The notes below the pieces were generated by a model. That model was given only the letters and a program-made list of their open reading frames with translations, was not told where the DNA came from and searched no databases. 35,168 bases of DNA from Octopus sinensis (taxonomy: Eukaryota). Of this stretch, positions 1 through 13,237 are shown piece by piece (the stretch's first letter is position 1; each line of letters opens with the position of its first letter). Where the stretch lies: contig NW_021833198.1 in NCBI RefSeq assembly GCF_006345805.1, forward strand, positions 1-35,168. Direction: 5' to 3'. The translations under genes were made by a program, and so were the position numbers.

Positions 1-75
1 TGTTTATTTATTCCGTTATCGTTTTCTCTTTATTCTTTGGAATACTTCTGCAAAACCTTACTTTATTTGTCGGAT

Positions 76-107
<32 letters not shown>

Positions 108-203
108 TTCTTCTTCTCCTCCTCCTCCTCCTCCTCCTCTTCTTCTTCTTCTTCTTCTTCTTCTCCTCCTCCTCCTCCTCCTCCTCCTCCTCCTCCCCAT
201 CAT

Positions 204-750
204 GATGATTGAGTGAGAGAGCAGTGCATGCCATCAAAGTGACACTGGGGTAAAATATACAAAACCCAGGTATACCTATCATGACTACCCGTCTGATAAG
301 GACACACCAGGCACATGCATCACAACCATATATGCGTGACATGGTGATCTCATATCAATATTAACAGCGCATGACCTTGCAGGTGGGGCCCAGTTAGAAT
401 TTTCTTCAGGTCGAATAGCCCATTCTACTCAAAGGTTCCCTGAATAAAGATTGTTTAGGGATGTTGAACGAAACACCCATGTTTCCGATGGTGAATTATC
501 CAAACCCCAAACAATTCCTCTCAACATATGGCTATGATGTTCCCTCACTACTTCTGCTCGTATCGTCAGCCACTAAGGGACATGCTCAACTGGTTGAGGT
601 CAAGCAACTGACAAGCAAATCTGTGGTATTGAGCAGAATATTTGCTGTAGCTCATCTTTTATACAAAGACAAAACAATGTACATGATAACACTTCCAATC
701 AGTTAAGATGAGAAGCTATGAGACCCACTGTCTAGCACTGCATCAGGCAT
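204..750. mobile_element. Unclassified interspersed repeat between (TTC/TCC)n and (ATT)n tracts
   Basis: ~550 bp of complex sequence with sharp boundaries at trinucleotide microsatellites and no credible ORF; resembles a retroelement-derived octopus repeat from recall only. Confidence 0.4.
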
Positions 751-769
751 TATTATTATTATTTTTTTT

Positions 770-825
770 CTCTTTCTAGTTTCAGCTCAGAGCTGCGGCC
801 ATGCTGATGCACCGCCGTTTAAAAC
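770..825 (-). mobile_element. Truncated 3' tail of the CR1/L2-group LINE
   Basis: tctagtttcagctcagagctgcggccatgctgatgcaccgcc closely matches tctagtttcagcttatgagctgtggccatgctggggcaccgcc at 34426-34468. Confidence 0.7.
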
Positions 826-922
826 AGTGTGTACGGGATGGCGCCAGTGGTTTCAAGGTTAGGAAGAGTCTAGCAGTAAGATTCAGTTTAAACGAAGTAA
901 CCACACGGCTAAGCCCGCACGC

Positions 923-938
923 ATTATTATTATTATTA

Positions 939-969
<31 letters not shown>

Positions 970-1095
970 TTATTATTATTATTATTATTATATTTTTATT
1001 ATTATTTTTATTATTATATTATTATTATTATTATTATTATTTTATATTATTATTATTTTAGATTATTATTATTATTATTATTATTATTTTTATTA

Positions 1096-1139
<44 letters not shown>
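923..1139. repeat. (ATT)n microsatellite
   Basis: Directly visible. Confidence 0.95.
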
Positions 1140-1145
<6 letters not shown>

Positions 1146-1330
1146 TCTTGTAGAATCGTTAGTGCGTCGGATGAAATGTCTGGTGGCTTTTCCTCCGGTT
1201 GTTTATGTACTCTGAGTTCATGTTCCGCCGATGTCAACCTTCGGGTTCCCTAAAACAAGAACCAGTTAAATATTGAAGTCGATAGCATCGACCAATTCAG
1301 CTCTGCTTGACGTCGTGCCAGAATTAGAAC
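1140..1330 (+). mobile_element. Degenerate Meta-domain-like SINE
   Basis: agaatcgttag...ctgagttca...ttccgccga...accagtt...gtcgat aligns with the copy at 11666-11907. Confidence 0.6.
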
Positions 1331-1796
1331 TATCGCTCTCGTCGCCGTCATCACCACCACCACCAACATCATCATCGTCATCACCATCATCACTATCATC
1401 AGCATCAGTAGCAACGTCAACAAGAGAAGCATTAAAATTCCATAGCACTTATGCATCTATGATGCACCAGCTGCACATTAGAATCAGCAATTTCGCACCT
1501 CTTCTGACCCACCCTACTGCACTTACATTTTGCACCGTCTTATCTCTGGTGTTCATAGCTCGCTTCTACTATTTATTTATCTCCTTTTCTCATCATCATC
1601 ATCAGCCTTGCCCACCACCATTATCATCATCATCATCATCATCTTCATCATCATCACCACCACCGTCAGCATCATCATCATCATCGTTATCTGAGATTTC
1701 AAGTAAAGGTGATTTCCACCGCTCACCTTCAAGGATTCATAAAATCAACGTACCAGTTAGATACTGAGGTCGAATAGATAAATTATATTCCACATT

Positions 1797-2115
1797 GTGG
1801 AGGCGCAATGGCCCAGTAGTTAGGGCAGCGGACTCGCGGTTGGAGGATCGCGGTTTCGATTCCCAGACCGGGCGATGTGTATGTTTATTGAGCGAAAACC
1901 CCTAAAGCTCCACGAGGCTCCGGCAGGGGGTGGCGACCCCTGTTGTACTCGTTTGCCCAAACTTTCTCTCACTCTCTCTTCCTGTTTCTTGAGTAACACT
2001 GCGATGGACTGGCGTCCTGTCCAGCTGGGGGGAACACATACGCCACAGAAACCGGAAAACCGGGTCCATGAGCCTGGTTAGGCTTGAAAAGGATGCATAA
2101 ATAAAATAAATAAAA
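1797..2115 (+). mobile_element. tRNA-derived SINE with V-domain-like tail, full length
   Basis: A box tggcccagtagttagg, B box ggtttcgattccc, ctgcgatggactggcgtcctgtccag segment and (A)TAAA tail; near-identical to 16231-16553. Confidence 0.9.
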
Positions 2116-2558
2116 ATACTCCGCGTTACAATTAATTCACCAAAGAAATCTCTGGTCTTGTCCCTACCTCACAAATCTTTTTTTTTTTTAACATTTGGAC
2201 ATTACTCTGTAATCAAATAGGCTGAAGGGTCGCGGGTGAAAAGTCTTTGATTATAGATATCATAAAAGGGATGGCGAATCTGGGGGTTAAAGAGCAATAG
2301 GTATATATCTACACATAAATACATGTACGTAATACATACATATATATTAAAACACACAACCACACACGTGTGGAAGTGCGTTTGTATTTTTCTCTAAGAA
2401 TACCGAGGAAGTGTGTCGATTGTATTGCGCAATCTGGACAATTGCCTTGCTTAATTATGACAATTGCTTTACCGAAACACCTATATGTTACATAAAACAA
2501 TTACGCATTTGGTGTCTAATATGACTATATATATATATATTAATTGCGCGTGTGTAAT

Positions 2559-2613
<55 letters not shown>
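2559..2613. repeat. (GATA)n microsatellite
   Basis: Directly visible. Confidence 0.95.
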
Positions 2614-3379
2614 TGCTTATAAAAGTGAGCAAGTATAAAGAGAAGTTAATTTAGACCAGGAGTTAAAACATTTATTTGATGTAACACAATTATTCATACA
2701 CAGACAGCCATTCTTTGTAGGTTTCAAGAAAAATTTCTACAATTTTCGGACCTAATAACAAATGAATTTTTCAAACTGGTAGATATCGTGTGAGATGAGA
2801 ATGTTTGAGAAAAATAGGGCCAAGTTAATTGCAATCCGAAAAGGGAATTGTTTGGGCCAGCGGTTTGGATGATGTAAGATAAATAAACACGAGATTAAAA
2901 TTAATTTAACGATTATTGTAAAGAATGTTCTAAAAGGATTCTCAGCAAAACCATAATGTTCGGAAGTTCATCGTCTGTTGGAAAGCGGTGATAATGCTTG
3001 AGGGAAAGTCTTAAGGTTATGAATATAACATTTCATAGAAAATAATTTTTAATAAAGGGATAAGTTGGGGAAACTGGAGATGGTGAGAGAGAAATAAAAA
3101 CAAAAGAAAGGAGGAAAGAAAGACTAGAGTAAGTGGGAAACGTGTTTAGAAGAAAAAAAGTGGAAGGAGAGGTGAAGAAAGAATGAAGAATGAAATAAAT
3201 GAAAGGTGGTTTGCGGTGGTCTGGAGACTGGACTTTCCAGTTAGTGAATTAGTGAACATGAACTTGTTCACGTGAAACCATCTTGTGAAGATTTCATCTT
3301 TGGAGTTGAGTTATACAAAAACATGGAAGTCTTTCCCAAAAGAAAGCTCCGTGTGTGTGAGTGAGTGAATGTGTGTGTT

Positions 3380-3427
<48 letters not shown>

Positions 3428-3530
3428 CCTCACCGTGGTTGCTATCTAAATTCCAGCGATTGAGTTTTATTCGAAAACCAGCTACTTATAGGAAGAAATC
3501 AAATAATTAGAAAGACAGGTATGCTCACAC

Positions 3531-3566
<36 letters not shown>

Positions 3567-3710
3567 ACAACCCATAGACGAGATTGAGCTAAGTACCTTC
3601 CAAACAGCCACTAGCCAATCTTTTTTCATTTTCCCCTCTAAAAACAACGCAAGTCTTCATTCTGAAAGCAACCAATATCTCTCAATATAAACTCAATCAA
3701 TCAATCAATC

Positions 3711-3711
<1 letters not shown>

Positions 3712-3761
<50 letters not shown>

Positions 3762-3805
3762 CATTATTATTATTATTATTATTATCATTATTATCATTAT
3801 TATCA

Positions 3806-3878
<73 letters not shown>

Positions 3879-3927
3879 TATCAATGTTATTATTATTATT
3901 AATACTACTATTATTATTATTATTATT
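3712..3927. repeat. (ATT)n microsatellite
   Basis: Directly visible. Confidence 0.95.
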
Positions 3928-4264
3928 GCTGTTCTCGATATTTATAGAATTTTTATCGATTCTTCTCAGCTATTATTAATAATTTTCTTGGGTTTATTAT
4001 CATAATATTAATAATATAAAGAATTGTTATTGCTGTTATTGCAGCTGTTGTTGTTGTTGTTTTCGTTATTGTTCTGCTAGAAATTCTTATTAATGTTGCA
4101 AAACATGATTGTTGTTGTTGTTGTTGTTGTTGAGTTTTATGGTCGTTGACGCTGTTGCTGCTACAGAAAGATGTCGATGGCAGAGATGATGATGATGATG
4201 ATAAAAAGGAGAAGGATGGTGACGGTGTTAGTAATGATGATGCTGGTGTTGGTGGTGGCAGTAA

Positions 4265-4328
<64 letters not shown>

Positions 4329-4373
4329 GGTGGTGGTGGTGGTTGGTGGTTGTAGTAGATTTTTAGAGTGAAT

Positions 4374-4429
4374 GACGGTGTTGGTGCTGCTGCTGTTATT
4401 AATGATGATGATGATGATGGTGATGATGT

Positions 4430-4479
<50 letters not shown>

Positions 4480-5050
4480 GGAGAGGTGGAGGCGGCGGCG
4501 GTTTTTTGACTATTATTATTGGAAGGATGAAGTGGAAGATGAGAGTGGTGGCGGAGGTGGTGACGATTATGATGATGATGATGAAGTGGAGGATGAGGAA
4601 GGTGAGGATGGCGGCGATGATGACGGTGTTGGTACTGCTGCTGTTATTAGTGATGATGATGATGATGTTGATGATGATGATTATGATGATGATGATGATG
4701 AGGAGGAGGATTGGAGAGGTGGTGGAGGCGGCGGTTTTTGATTATTATTATTATTGGAAGGAATGAAATGGAAGATGAGAGTGGTGGCGGAGGTGGTGAC
4801 GATTATGATGATGATGAAGTGGAGGATGAGGAAGGTGAGGATGGCGGCGATGATGATTATGGTGACGATGATGATGATGATTATGGTTTGGGGTAGGAGT
4901 AGGAAGGTGAGGATGGCGGCGATGATGATTATGGTGACGATGATGATGATGATGGTTTGGGGTAGGAGTAGGAAGGTGAGGATGGCGGCGATGATGATTA
5001 TGGTGACGATGATGATGATGATGATGATGATGGTTTGGGGTAGGAGTAGG
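4374..5050. repeat. Hierarchical compound repeat: two ~240-bp units followed by ~60-70-bp units, built from GAT/GGT triplets
   Basis: attggagaggtgg...ggaagatgagagtggtggcggaggtggtgacgattatg occurs near 4477 and 4710; ggtttggggtaggagtagg occurs three times within 4884-5050. Confidence 0.85.
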
Positions 5051-5534
5051 GGTGGCGGCAATTATGACGATGACGATGACGATGCTTTGCTTTGCTTTGC
5101 TTAGCTTAGCTTTTATTATAAACAGCAGAACAAAATATTGAACTATTTTGTCTGTTCATCAGCGTGAACAACCATTTATACACACTCAGCCATTATCTCT
5201 TTCTTTGATATTGCAGAATGTTTTCCTGCTGACAAACCAGCAGCAGCAGCAGCAGTAGCAGCAGCAGTAGCCTCACAAACACACACACACACACAGACAC
5301 ACACACATATATATCCACGTACATACACACACACATGGTTAGTGTATACGCATACACACACACACACACACACACAGAGGAAAAAGCAGAGAAAATCGTG
5401 CCACACACACACTGGCGCTCGTACCCACACACATACAGACGGAAGTATGCGTGTATACACATGCGCACAAACACAAATGCAACCATAAACACACAAACAT
5501 AGAATCATATATAGATGGATGGATGCATACAAGC

Positions 5535-5568
<34 letters not shown>

Positions 5569-6553
5569 ACTCGCGCGCGCGCACGCATACAGTCATACAC
5601 ACATTCACGATGGGGAAAACGCCCCACTTTTATACAGGAAAAAAAAGAAAACAATCAACAAAAATATAAAATATATAAAAAATATATATAATAAAAACGA
5701 AGAAATTATGAAATATATAAACAATAAAACAGCTAAATATATATTAAAAAAAATATATTATAAAAATATGGAAAATATAACAAAAAAGTATAAAATATAT
5801 GAAATGCATAAGAAAAACAACGGTTATGAAATATAAAATAGGTATAAAAACAATGCACAAGTGTGATGTATAAAGTAAAAAAAAAAAAAATGGAATATAT
5901 ATATAATAAAATAACAAGAAAAGTATAAAATATGTATCAAATATATAGTAAAAAAAAAACAAAGATATAAATATGGAATATATAAAATTAAAATATATAA
6001 CAAAAGTAAATGAATATATAAGAAAAATATAAATAAAATTTATGACGTAAAACTATCTGAAGGTAATTTTAAAATGTATGAAATGAAAATATATTTATGA
6101 TTGAAAAATAATATAAACGATAACAGAAAAAAAAAACGTTGAAATTAAAATATCATAAATTACGTTTTTAATAGTGTGTTAGTGGTGGGGGAGAGTGGGG
6201 GGAGGTGAGGTTGTTCTTGTTTTTTTTTTTGTTTGTTTATTTAATGTGGATAAAAAAAAAAATTCCTTGTAGAAGGCAATAGAAGGCCCCAACCATCCGA
6301 CGCAACTGCCGGCGTGACTTTGATTCGTAAAAGATTTATATTTAAGTCGTGGGAGTGAATCAAAATATGTCGTAGGTGTGGCAGAGCGAGCGAGTAGAAG
6401 GGGAAGAAGAAGCGGGGTGGGGGTGTATGGTGGGGGCTGGGTGAAGCGGAGAGGAAGTGGTGGGGGAGGATGCAAGATCGAATTCGATGTTATGTGTAGC
6501 TGGAAGGAAAGCTTATTGTCAACTAAGGACTACATCATCTCTCTCTCTCCCTT

Positions 6554-6591
<38 letters not shown>

Positions 6592-6804
6592 TTATGTATG
6601 TGTTTCTCGCCTTCGTCGGACAAGGACGTGTAACCCGAAATGTCGAAGTCGCGGTCAACCATTTCATCGTAAAAGTTTAAGAAACGTGTACTCAACATTG
6701 AGCAATCCCTCACTTTTCTTTTAACTTCTCATTATATATATATATATATATATATTGACGTAAAAGCTACGTTTGTGTGTGTGTGTGCCTGCCTGTGTGT
6801 GTAT

Positions 6805-6968
6805 GTGTTTCAGTCATTTGACTGCAGCCATGCTGGGGCACTGCCATTAGTCGAGCAAATTCAACCCCAGGTCTTATTCTTTGTAAGCCTAGTACTTATT
6901 CTATCGCCCTCTTTTGCTGAACACACCAGCATCGGTTGCCAAGCGATGTAGAGGGACACACACACACA

Positions 6969-6999
<31 letters not shown>

Positions 7000-7070
7000 T
7001 ATATACGACGGGTGCCACGCAGTGGAACTGAACCTAGAACCACGTGGTTATTAAGCAAGCCTCTCCTGCG
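6805..7070 (-). mobile_element. CORE-like tRNA SINE of the 19035 family, internally deleted
   Basis: Reverse complement matches the head (ggttcagttccactgcgtggcacc) and tail (ccagcatggctgcagtcaaatgactgaaac) of 19035-19447. Confidence 0.85.
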
Positions 7071-7171
7071 CCTAATATGTGTGTGTGTGTTTGTATGTAT
7101 GCATGTATGTATTATGCATGTATGTATTATGCATGTATGTATATATGCAGACAAGCATGCATGCATGCATT

Positions 7172-7340
7172 TAAGTCGGCGAACTAGCAGAATGGTTACC
7201 GCACCGGGAAAAATGCTTAGCGGCATTTCGTCCCGTTTTTACGTTCAAATTTCGTCGAAGTTGATTTTGCTTTTCATCATTTCGGGCTTGATATCACTAG
7301 GACTATTTGATCACTAGGGTCGATGTAATCGACTTCCCCA
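7172..7340 (+). mobile_element. Degenerate Meta-domain-like SINE
   Basis: ggcgaactagcagaatggttaccgcaccgggaaaaatgcttagcggcatttcgtc matches the head of the 11666 copy. Confidence 0.8.
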
Positions 7341-8301
7341 CTCTCCAAAACTTATTGATTTCAAATTTTGGCTGTAAGGACTTCTGGTAACTTGACTGAG
7401 GAAAAAAGGCCACGAATGACCCGTCTTTTTTTGCCTGTTCCTCTTGCTTGTTCTTTCTCCTGTTCGCCTTTGTTTCGTCTATTTGCCCAAATGCTTTATT
7501 ATCCTCTTTTTGCGTTTTTGTTCCATTTACCCATTAACACATACATGCATGTATGCATATGTATATCAGTGTATGTGTATAAATATATGTATGTTTATAT
7601 ATATGTATGTATACATATATACATTGGTGTATGTCTGTGTTTATACGTACATATATCAATAATAAATTGTTAATATATATCGTATAATATATATATATTA
7701 TATATATATATATATATATAATTACTAGTATATTACATATTTACAAAAGATGACTATATTGTCGATTAAACACAGTCCAAAGCATAACACATATGCTGAC
7801 CGACCGAAGTATGAAGTGTTATATCTAGCCGCATGTTATCCGGAACTCAACGAGAAAATTCGGAAATAAATACAAATATCTTTGTAGCGAACGGATACCG
7901 TAGATGGGCGAGAAGAGAGTACGAACACAAACATGAGTAATAGATCTTTCAATATGAAGCGCTATTACGTTATCAACACGAGCAGTGTGCATTTTTAGCT
8001 GTTTTCAGCAAACACTGGGAGAAAGGTGAATACCATGGTAATACCACGAAGTGCTGTATCGAATTTTTCGCTCTTGAGCATTAATTAAGTTTGTCAATGC
8101 GTGTGTACCTTTGTGTGACTATATGTGTGTATGATTGTGTGCGTGTGTGTATGTGCATCGTTGTGTATGTATATGTATATATTTCTTTGTGCGTGAGTGC
8201 ATTTTTGAATGGTCTGTAAAATGTTATGTAAGCTAAATGTTACCTTACACTTACAAAGAGTTTATGGATATTTCCTATGCGATCATATTTTATAGCACGC
8301 T

Positions 8302-8353
<52 letters not shown>

Positions 8354-8984
8354 CCTCCCCCTCTCTTACTCTCTTCCGGATACGCACCTAACCCATATGT
8401 CGACACATAAATACACGAACACATACGTACACGCATTAATATATACACAACAGTTCTTTTTTTTCTTTGCTTTCCTTTGCTTTAACATGTATACCTGACG
8501 TATTGCATCATATACAGTATACCAGAAATACTGTTTGTGCTGTTGGTTATGTTTAGCCCCCGGTAAACTCTGAGCCAGTAAAAACACAATCAAAGTGTTG
8601 TCCTTTGGCGACTCATCCCAACTGCAGATATTAGTTGCATAATTAAATTATCAAATGTGCTTTGATTCTTCTTTTTTAAAGATAAAATACGTTGTTTAAA
8701 GGGTACTTAACTGCTATCTCTAGTAACCATGCTAAGGCACTTCATGGGTTTAACTGTTGACGTCGTCGGGATACATATTGATAGACGAGTACTGATACAG
8801 CAATATTAATGGTAGACGAGGTTTGTTGTTGAGGACTTTCTATATAACTAGTACCGACGTTATTGATCTTCAGAAATATAAAAGGCAAATTTAAAAACAG
8901 ATTTTACCACAGCATATCAAATGCAAAACGTTTCCTTCATAACTCTATAGATTCTCTCATTCGCTGGACTGACATAGCTGTCGT

Positions 8985-9124
8985 CTTGAATTTGTTCCAA
9001 CTGTCGGTCCCTTGCGCCGAACCGTTAGCTAAGGTACATAAACACACCAACATCGGTTGTAAGTAGTGGGGGGAGACAAACACACGCACACACACATACA
9101 TACCTATATATATACATATGTATG

Positions 9125-9160
<36 letters not shown>

Positions 9161-9605
9161 ACATATATATGCATATATATAAGTATGTATATATACATGT
9201 ATATATGTACGTATGTATATATACATATATGTGTATATACATATATATATATGTATGTATATATACATATATATATATGTATGTATATATACATACATGT
9301 ATATATATATGTATATATACGTACATGTATATATATATGTATATATACATACATGTATATATATATATGTATATATACATACATGTATATATATATATAT
9401 GTATATATATGGTCTATCAAGGCTTTGATAGAAGACATTTGCCATGAAGTGGGACTGAACTACGAACCATGATGTAATTGGGAAGCAAACGTTTTGTCAT
9501 ACAGCCACTCCTATGCAGATTCCGTCTACGAAATTCATTCATTAAGCACAGGTGGTTCTAGGGCATTAGCAAAAGATACTTACCCAAGGTGCCACGTAGT
9601 GGAAA
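8985..9605 (-). mobile_element. Degenerate CORE-like SINE fragments with an expanded internal (TA/TATG)n tract
   Basis: gccgaaccgttag...aacacaccaacatcggttgt (9015-9060); heads at 9410-9512 and 9515-9605 match the reverse complement of the 19035 family. Confidence 0.7.
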
Positions 9606-9989
9606 AAACCCACACAGTTGCCGGCATTGGCGCACGAACAATGACATATGTAGACCTATTGTGAGAGCCATTGCATTAACTGACGGTTTGTATGTGTGTG
9701 TCTTTAGTATAGATTGCAATATGTGTAACAAAGTATTTGTTATGATGTGGGCAAACAAAGGTAAGATTGTTCGCAGCTTCTACTTCAGCAACTCGAATAA
9801 TCATGACAGCATTCACTCTGTGTTCGGTTGACCTGATTCAGTTGTATATAATAGGGTTTAAACACACACCCACATCTGTATGTGCATGGTGGTGTGTGTG
9901 TATATATATATATATTATGTATATATATATATATATATATATATTATTATATATATATATATATATATCATACTATATAATATATATAC

Positions 9990-10155
9990 GGGAAGCTTTA
10001 TGAAAATAAACAAAAGACGAAGGCAGGAGGAAAACAAAACGAACAATTGTATTAGTATGGCGCTCAGGAAATATAAATAAAACAAGTCTTTACGTTTCGA
10101 GCCTACGCTCTTCAACAGAAAGATACACAGAGAGAGAAAAACACAGAAAGAGTCA
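9990..10155 (-). mobile_element. Short Penelope/retrozyme-like element with a hammerhead-like motif, in (TA)n
   Basis: Minus strand reads tcttt-CTGTTGA-a-gagc-gtag-gctc-GAAA-cg-TA-aagac, followed by tttcctgagcgccatactaatac shared with the 14108 and 34100 copies. Confidence 0.7.
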
Positions 10156-10213
10156 TATGTATATATATATATGTATGTATAAATATGTGCATATATGTAT
10201 GTGTACATGTATG

Positions 10214-10255
<42 letters not shown>

Positions 10256-10519
10256 GTATGTGCATTTATATATATGTATATGAATTCATATACATGTATG
10301 TATATATATATATATATGTTGTACATACGTATTGTATAATATATGCAACATCCTACATGTATTTTTACTTTTTTTTAAATTCTCTTATTTCCCTTTATAC
10401 TTCCTATATCAATCCCAAACCGCTATCTCCAAAACCTTTCTTTAGTTCTCTGTTTATTTCATCGTGTTCCTTTCTGAAAAAGCCCGTCGTATATATGTAT
10501 AATATAATATATATATATA

Positions 10520-10555
<36 letters not shown>

Positions 10556-10875
10556 ACGAGCTTGTTTCATTTCCGTCCACCAAATCCCTCACAAGGCTTT
10601 GAGAAGATGGATTGAATATATTTTATTACTATCACTGCGATTGCTGATGTCTCGAAACAATTGTGCTATATAATAAAGTATGTTCAGACCGTCTTCTCTT
10701 AATAAATAGTTTTGAATAAACTCCACGGATATTCAAAGTTTTCCACTTGTGTGTTCAGTGACAGAAGTTTCACTGTATATATTAGCATTCGGTACCCGAT
10801 ACCCAGAGGAGATTTAGAAAGCGCTGTATAGAATTCTTTCAGCCACATTATTTTAAAATTACATACAAACATTTG

Positions 10876-10931
<56 letters not shown>

Positions 10932-11665
10932 ACACACATGCATTGAACGTGATCTAGTTATTCTGTCCCATTTAACGCTATTAATTCGCGCTAGGTCAGG
11001 CAGTACTTTCTGCATGCTTGCAATGGTTACATAATTTACATAACACGCTCGCATATTCAAATACGGCTAAACGGTTTTGTATAAATACGTGTGTATATAT
11101 ACATGTATCTCTCCCTCCTTCTCTCCTCCACTCTCTCTCTCTCTCATAATATATATATATATATAGAATATATATATAATATATATATATTATATATATG
11201 TATATACGCACGAACACACACATTTGTTTAAGAATGATAAATTTGAACAACACACATTTGTATGAGGGCATGATTTTGTATGTGACGCTCTGTGTTGTGT
11301 GTGTGTGCTAGTGATCTCACATGGTGAAAGTGATTATGTAGATTTCTTAAACCCACTTTCAGCCTTGCTATAACTTTCAAAAAAAAAAAAAACTGTTGTG
11401 TGGGCGTGTCGGAGTTAAAGTCTTAAAAATATATTTCATATCTTGACGTTTCTGGGCTCAAATCCCAATATCATCTTCTTACCTCTTTTTACTTTTCATT
11501 TTTTTTCCCTCCTTTTTTTAAATCCAACCCCTCTCCTCTATATTTTGCCACATACCCTCAAATCTGTTATATTTCTGTCTACCCTACCTTCTGCTCCACT
11601 TCGTTATACGACCTCACTTTAGGGTATCTACTCTCACTCTGCGTAGTGTACCTATATCTTCCCTG

Positions 11666-12091
11666 TGGCGAAGATAAGGTGGCGAGCTGGCAGAATCGTT
11701 AGCACGGCGGGCGAAATGCTTAGCGGTATTTCGTCTGCCGCGACGTTCTGAGTTCAAATTCCGCCGAGGTCGACTTTGCCTTTCATCCTTTCGGGGTCGA
11801 TTAGATAAGTACCAGTTACGCATTGGGGTCGATATAATCGACTTAATCCGTTTGTCTGTCCTCGTTTGTCCTTTCTGTGTTTAGCCCTTTGTGGGTAGTA
11901 AAGAAATAGGTATTTCGTCTGCCGTTACGTTCTGAGCTCAAATTCCGCCGAGGTCGACTTTGCCTTTCATCTTTTCAGGGTCGATAAATTAAGTACCAGT
12001 TACGCACTGGGGTCTATGTAATCGACTTAATCCATTTGTCTATCCTTGTTTGTCCCCTCTGTTTTTAGCCCCTTGTGGGCAATAAAGAAAA
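11666..12091 (+). mobile_element. Meta-domain-like tRNA SINE with tandemly duplicated body and 14-bp TSD
   Basis: TSD ctatatcttccctg at 11652-11665 and 12092-12105; core gtcgactttgcctttcatcctttcggggtcgat...aagtaccag present twice, second unit starting ~11908. Confidence 0.92.
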
Positions 12092-12119
12092 CTATATCTT
12101 CCCTGATATAGTGACTTAC

Positions 12120-12206
12120 TGGAGGACACAACGCGCCGTCAGGAATCGAACTCACGGCCTTACGATCCTGAGTTGAATACCCTAACCACTAAGTCATTGC
12201 CTTCGC
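12120..12206 (-). mobile_element. tRNA-derived SINE head of the 13238 family
   Basis: Reverse complement reads tgacttagtggttagggtattc...gagttcgattcctgacggcgcgttgtgtcc. Confidence 0.8.
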
Positions 12207-13237
12207 AACCAACTCTTACAGTACCAATACTGTCACCTCTACTACTACTACGGCAGACACTACTCTCAAACCAAACCAACACCGCTGTTATTATCACCAC
12301 GACGACGACCACCACAAACGACAACACCACCACCACCACCACCATCACCGTCGCCACCACCGTCAGCACAACCACTGCTACTGTCATTACCGCCAAACAC
12401 TGCAGTCTTCACTATCCTTACTACCATCACCATAGCAACGAACGACACACAAACGTCACCTCCCACCACCACCACCAACCACCACCACCATGCTCTCCCC
12501 GAAACCCGCCATTTATTTCTTTGCAAGATTTTACATCCGACTTACCCCCACTTCCCGCGCTTTCCTTTTGCTCTCTCTATCTCTCCTCCCCCCCCCCAAA
12601 CTCAACTCACTCTCACACACACACACTACACCCCCTCACACCCTACCTCACTTCTACAACCTATCCTTCCACCTCCCTCCCTCTTCTATCACAACTCCTT
12701 CCCTCCCCTCTTCCCCCCTATATTATGATGTCAAAGACTTCAGAACTGCTAGTTTAAATCTAGTTACGACTTTAGCTTCCTAAAGTCGTCAGTGTTCGGG
12801 GATTTCCGTAATCCGTATTTCCGTCTTTCTTTAACGACGCTGAGATTTTCTGCTTTTAATCTTACTTATTTCGCCTTTGCTTCGTTTTTAGTGATGAGAT
12901 TAAGAGATGGTGGTGGTGGTGGTGGCGGCAGCGGTGATGGTGGTAGTAGCAATAGTGGTGGTGGTGATAGTGGTAGTGTAGACGTCGGTGGTGGCAGCGA
13001 TAGTGGTAGTGGTAGCTATGGTTGTGGTGGTGTTCGTAGTGATAGTAGGAGAGGCGACGGGTGGTGGTGGTGGTGGTGGTGGTGGTGATGCTGGAGGCGG
13101 CGACGGTGGTCTTAGCGATGGTAGTAGGTGGTGGTGGTGGTTGTGGTTGCGATGGCGACGGTGATCGTCGTGATGTCTGTTATGGTAGTGGTAGCCATTG
13201 TCGTTATGTAATAGTTGTGGTACTGGCTGTACGCGGG

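Noticed and set aside
1797-1870. tRNA-like A/B boxes here and at 13238, 16231 and 19035
   Set aside because: They are SINE heads continuing into shared bodies and tails, not stand-alone tRNA genes
2620-3340. Possible decayed LINE on the minus strand
   Set aside because: Manual translation gave no convincing motif; needs a repeat library search
10644-10667. ctgatgtctcgaaacaattgtg hammerhead-like string
   Set aside because: Core lacks the final A of CUGAUGA, triplet is GUG, and there is no helix I or II
12173-12757. 194-aa Thr/Pro/His-rich mucin-like ORF
   Set aside because: Starts inside an antisense SINE head and consists of ACC-type low-complexity sequence
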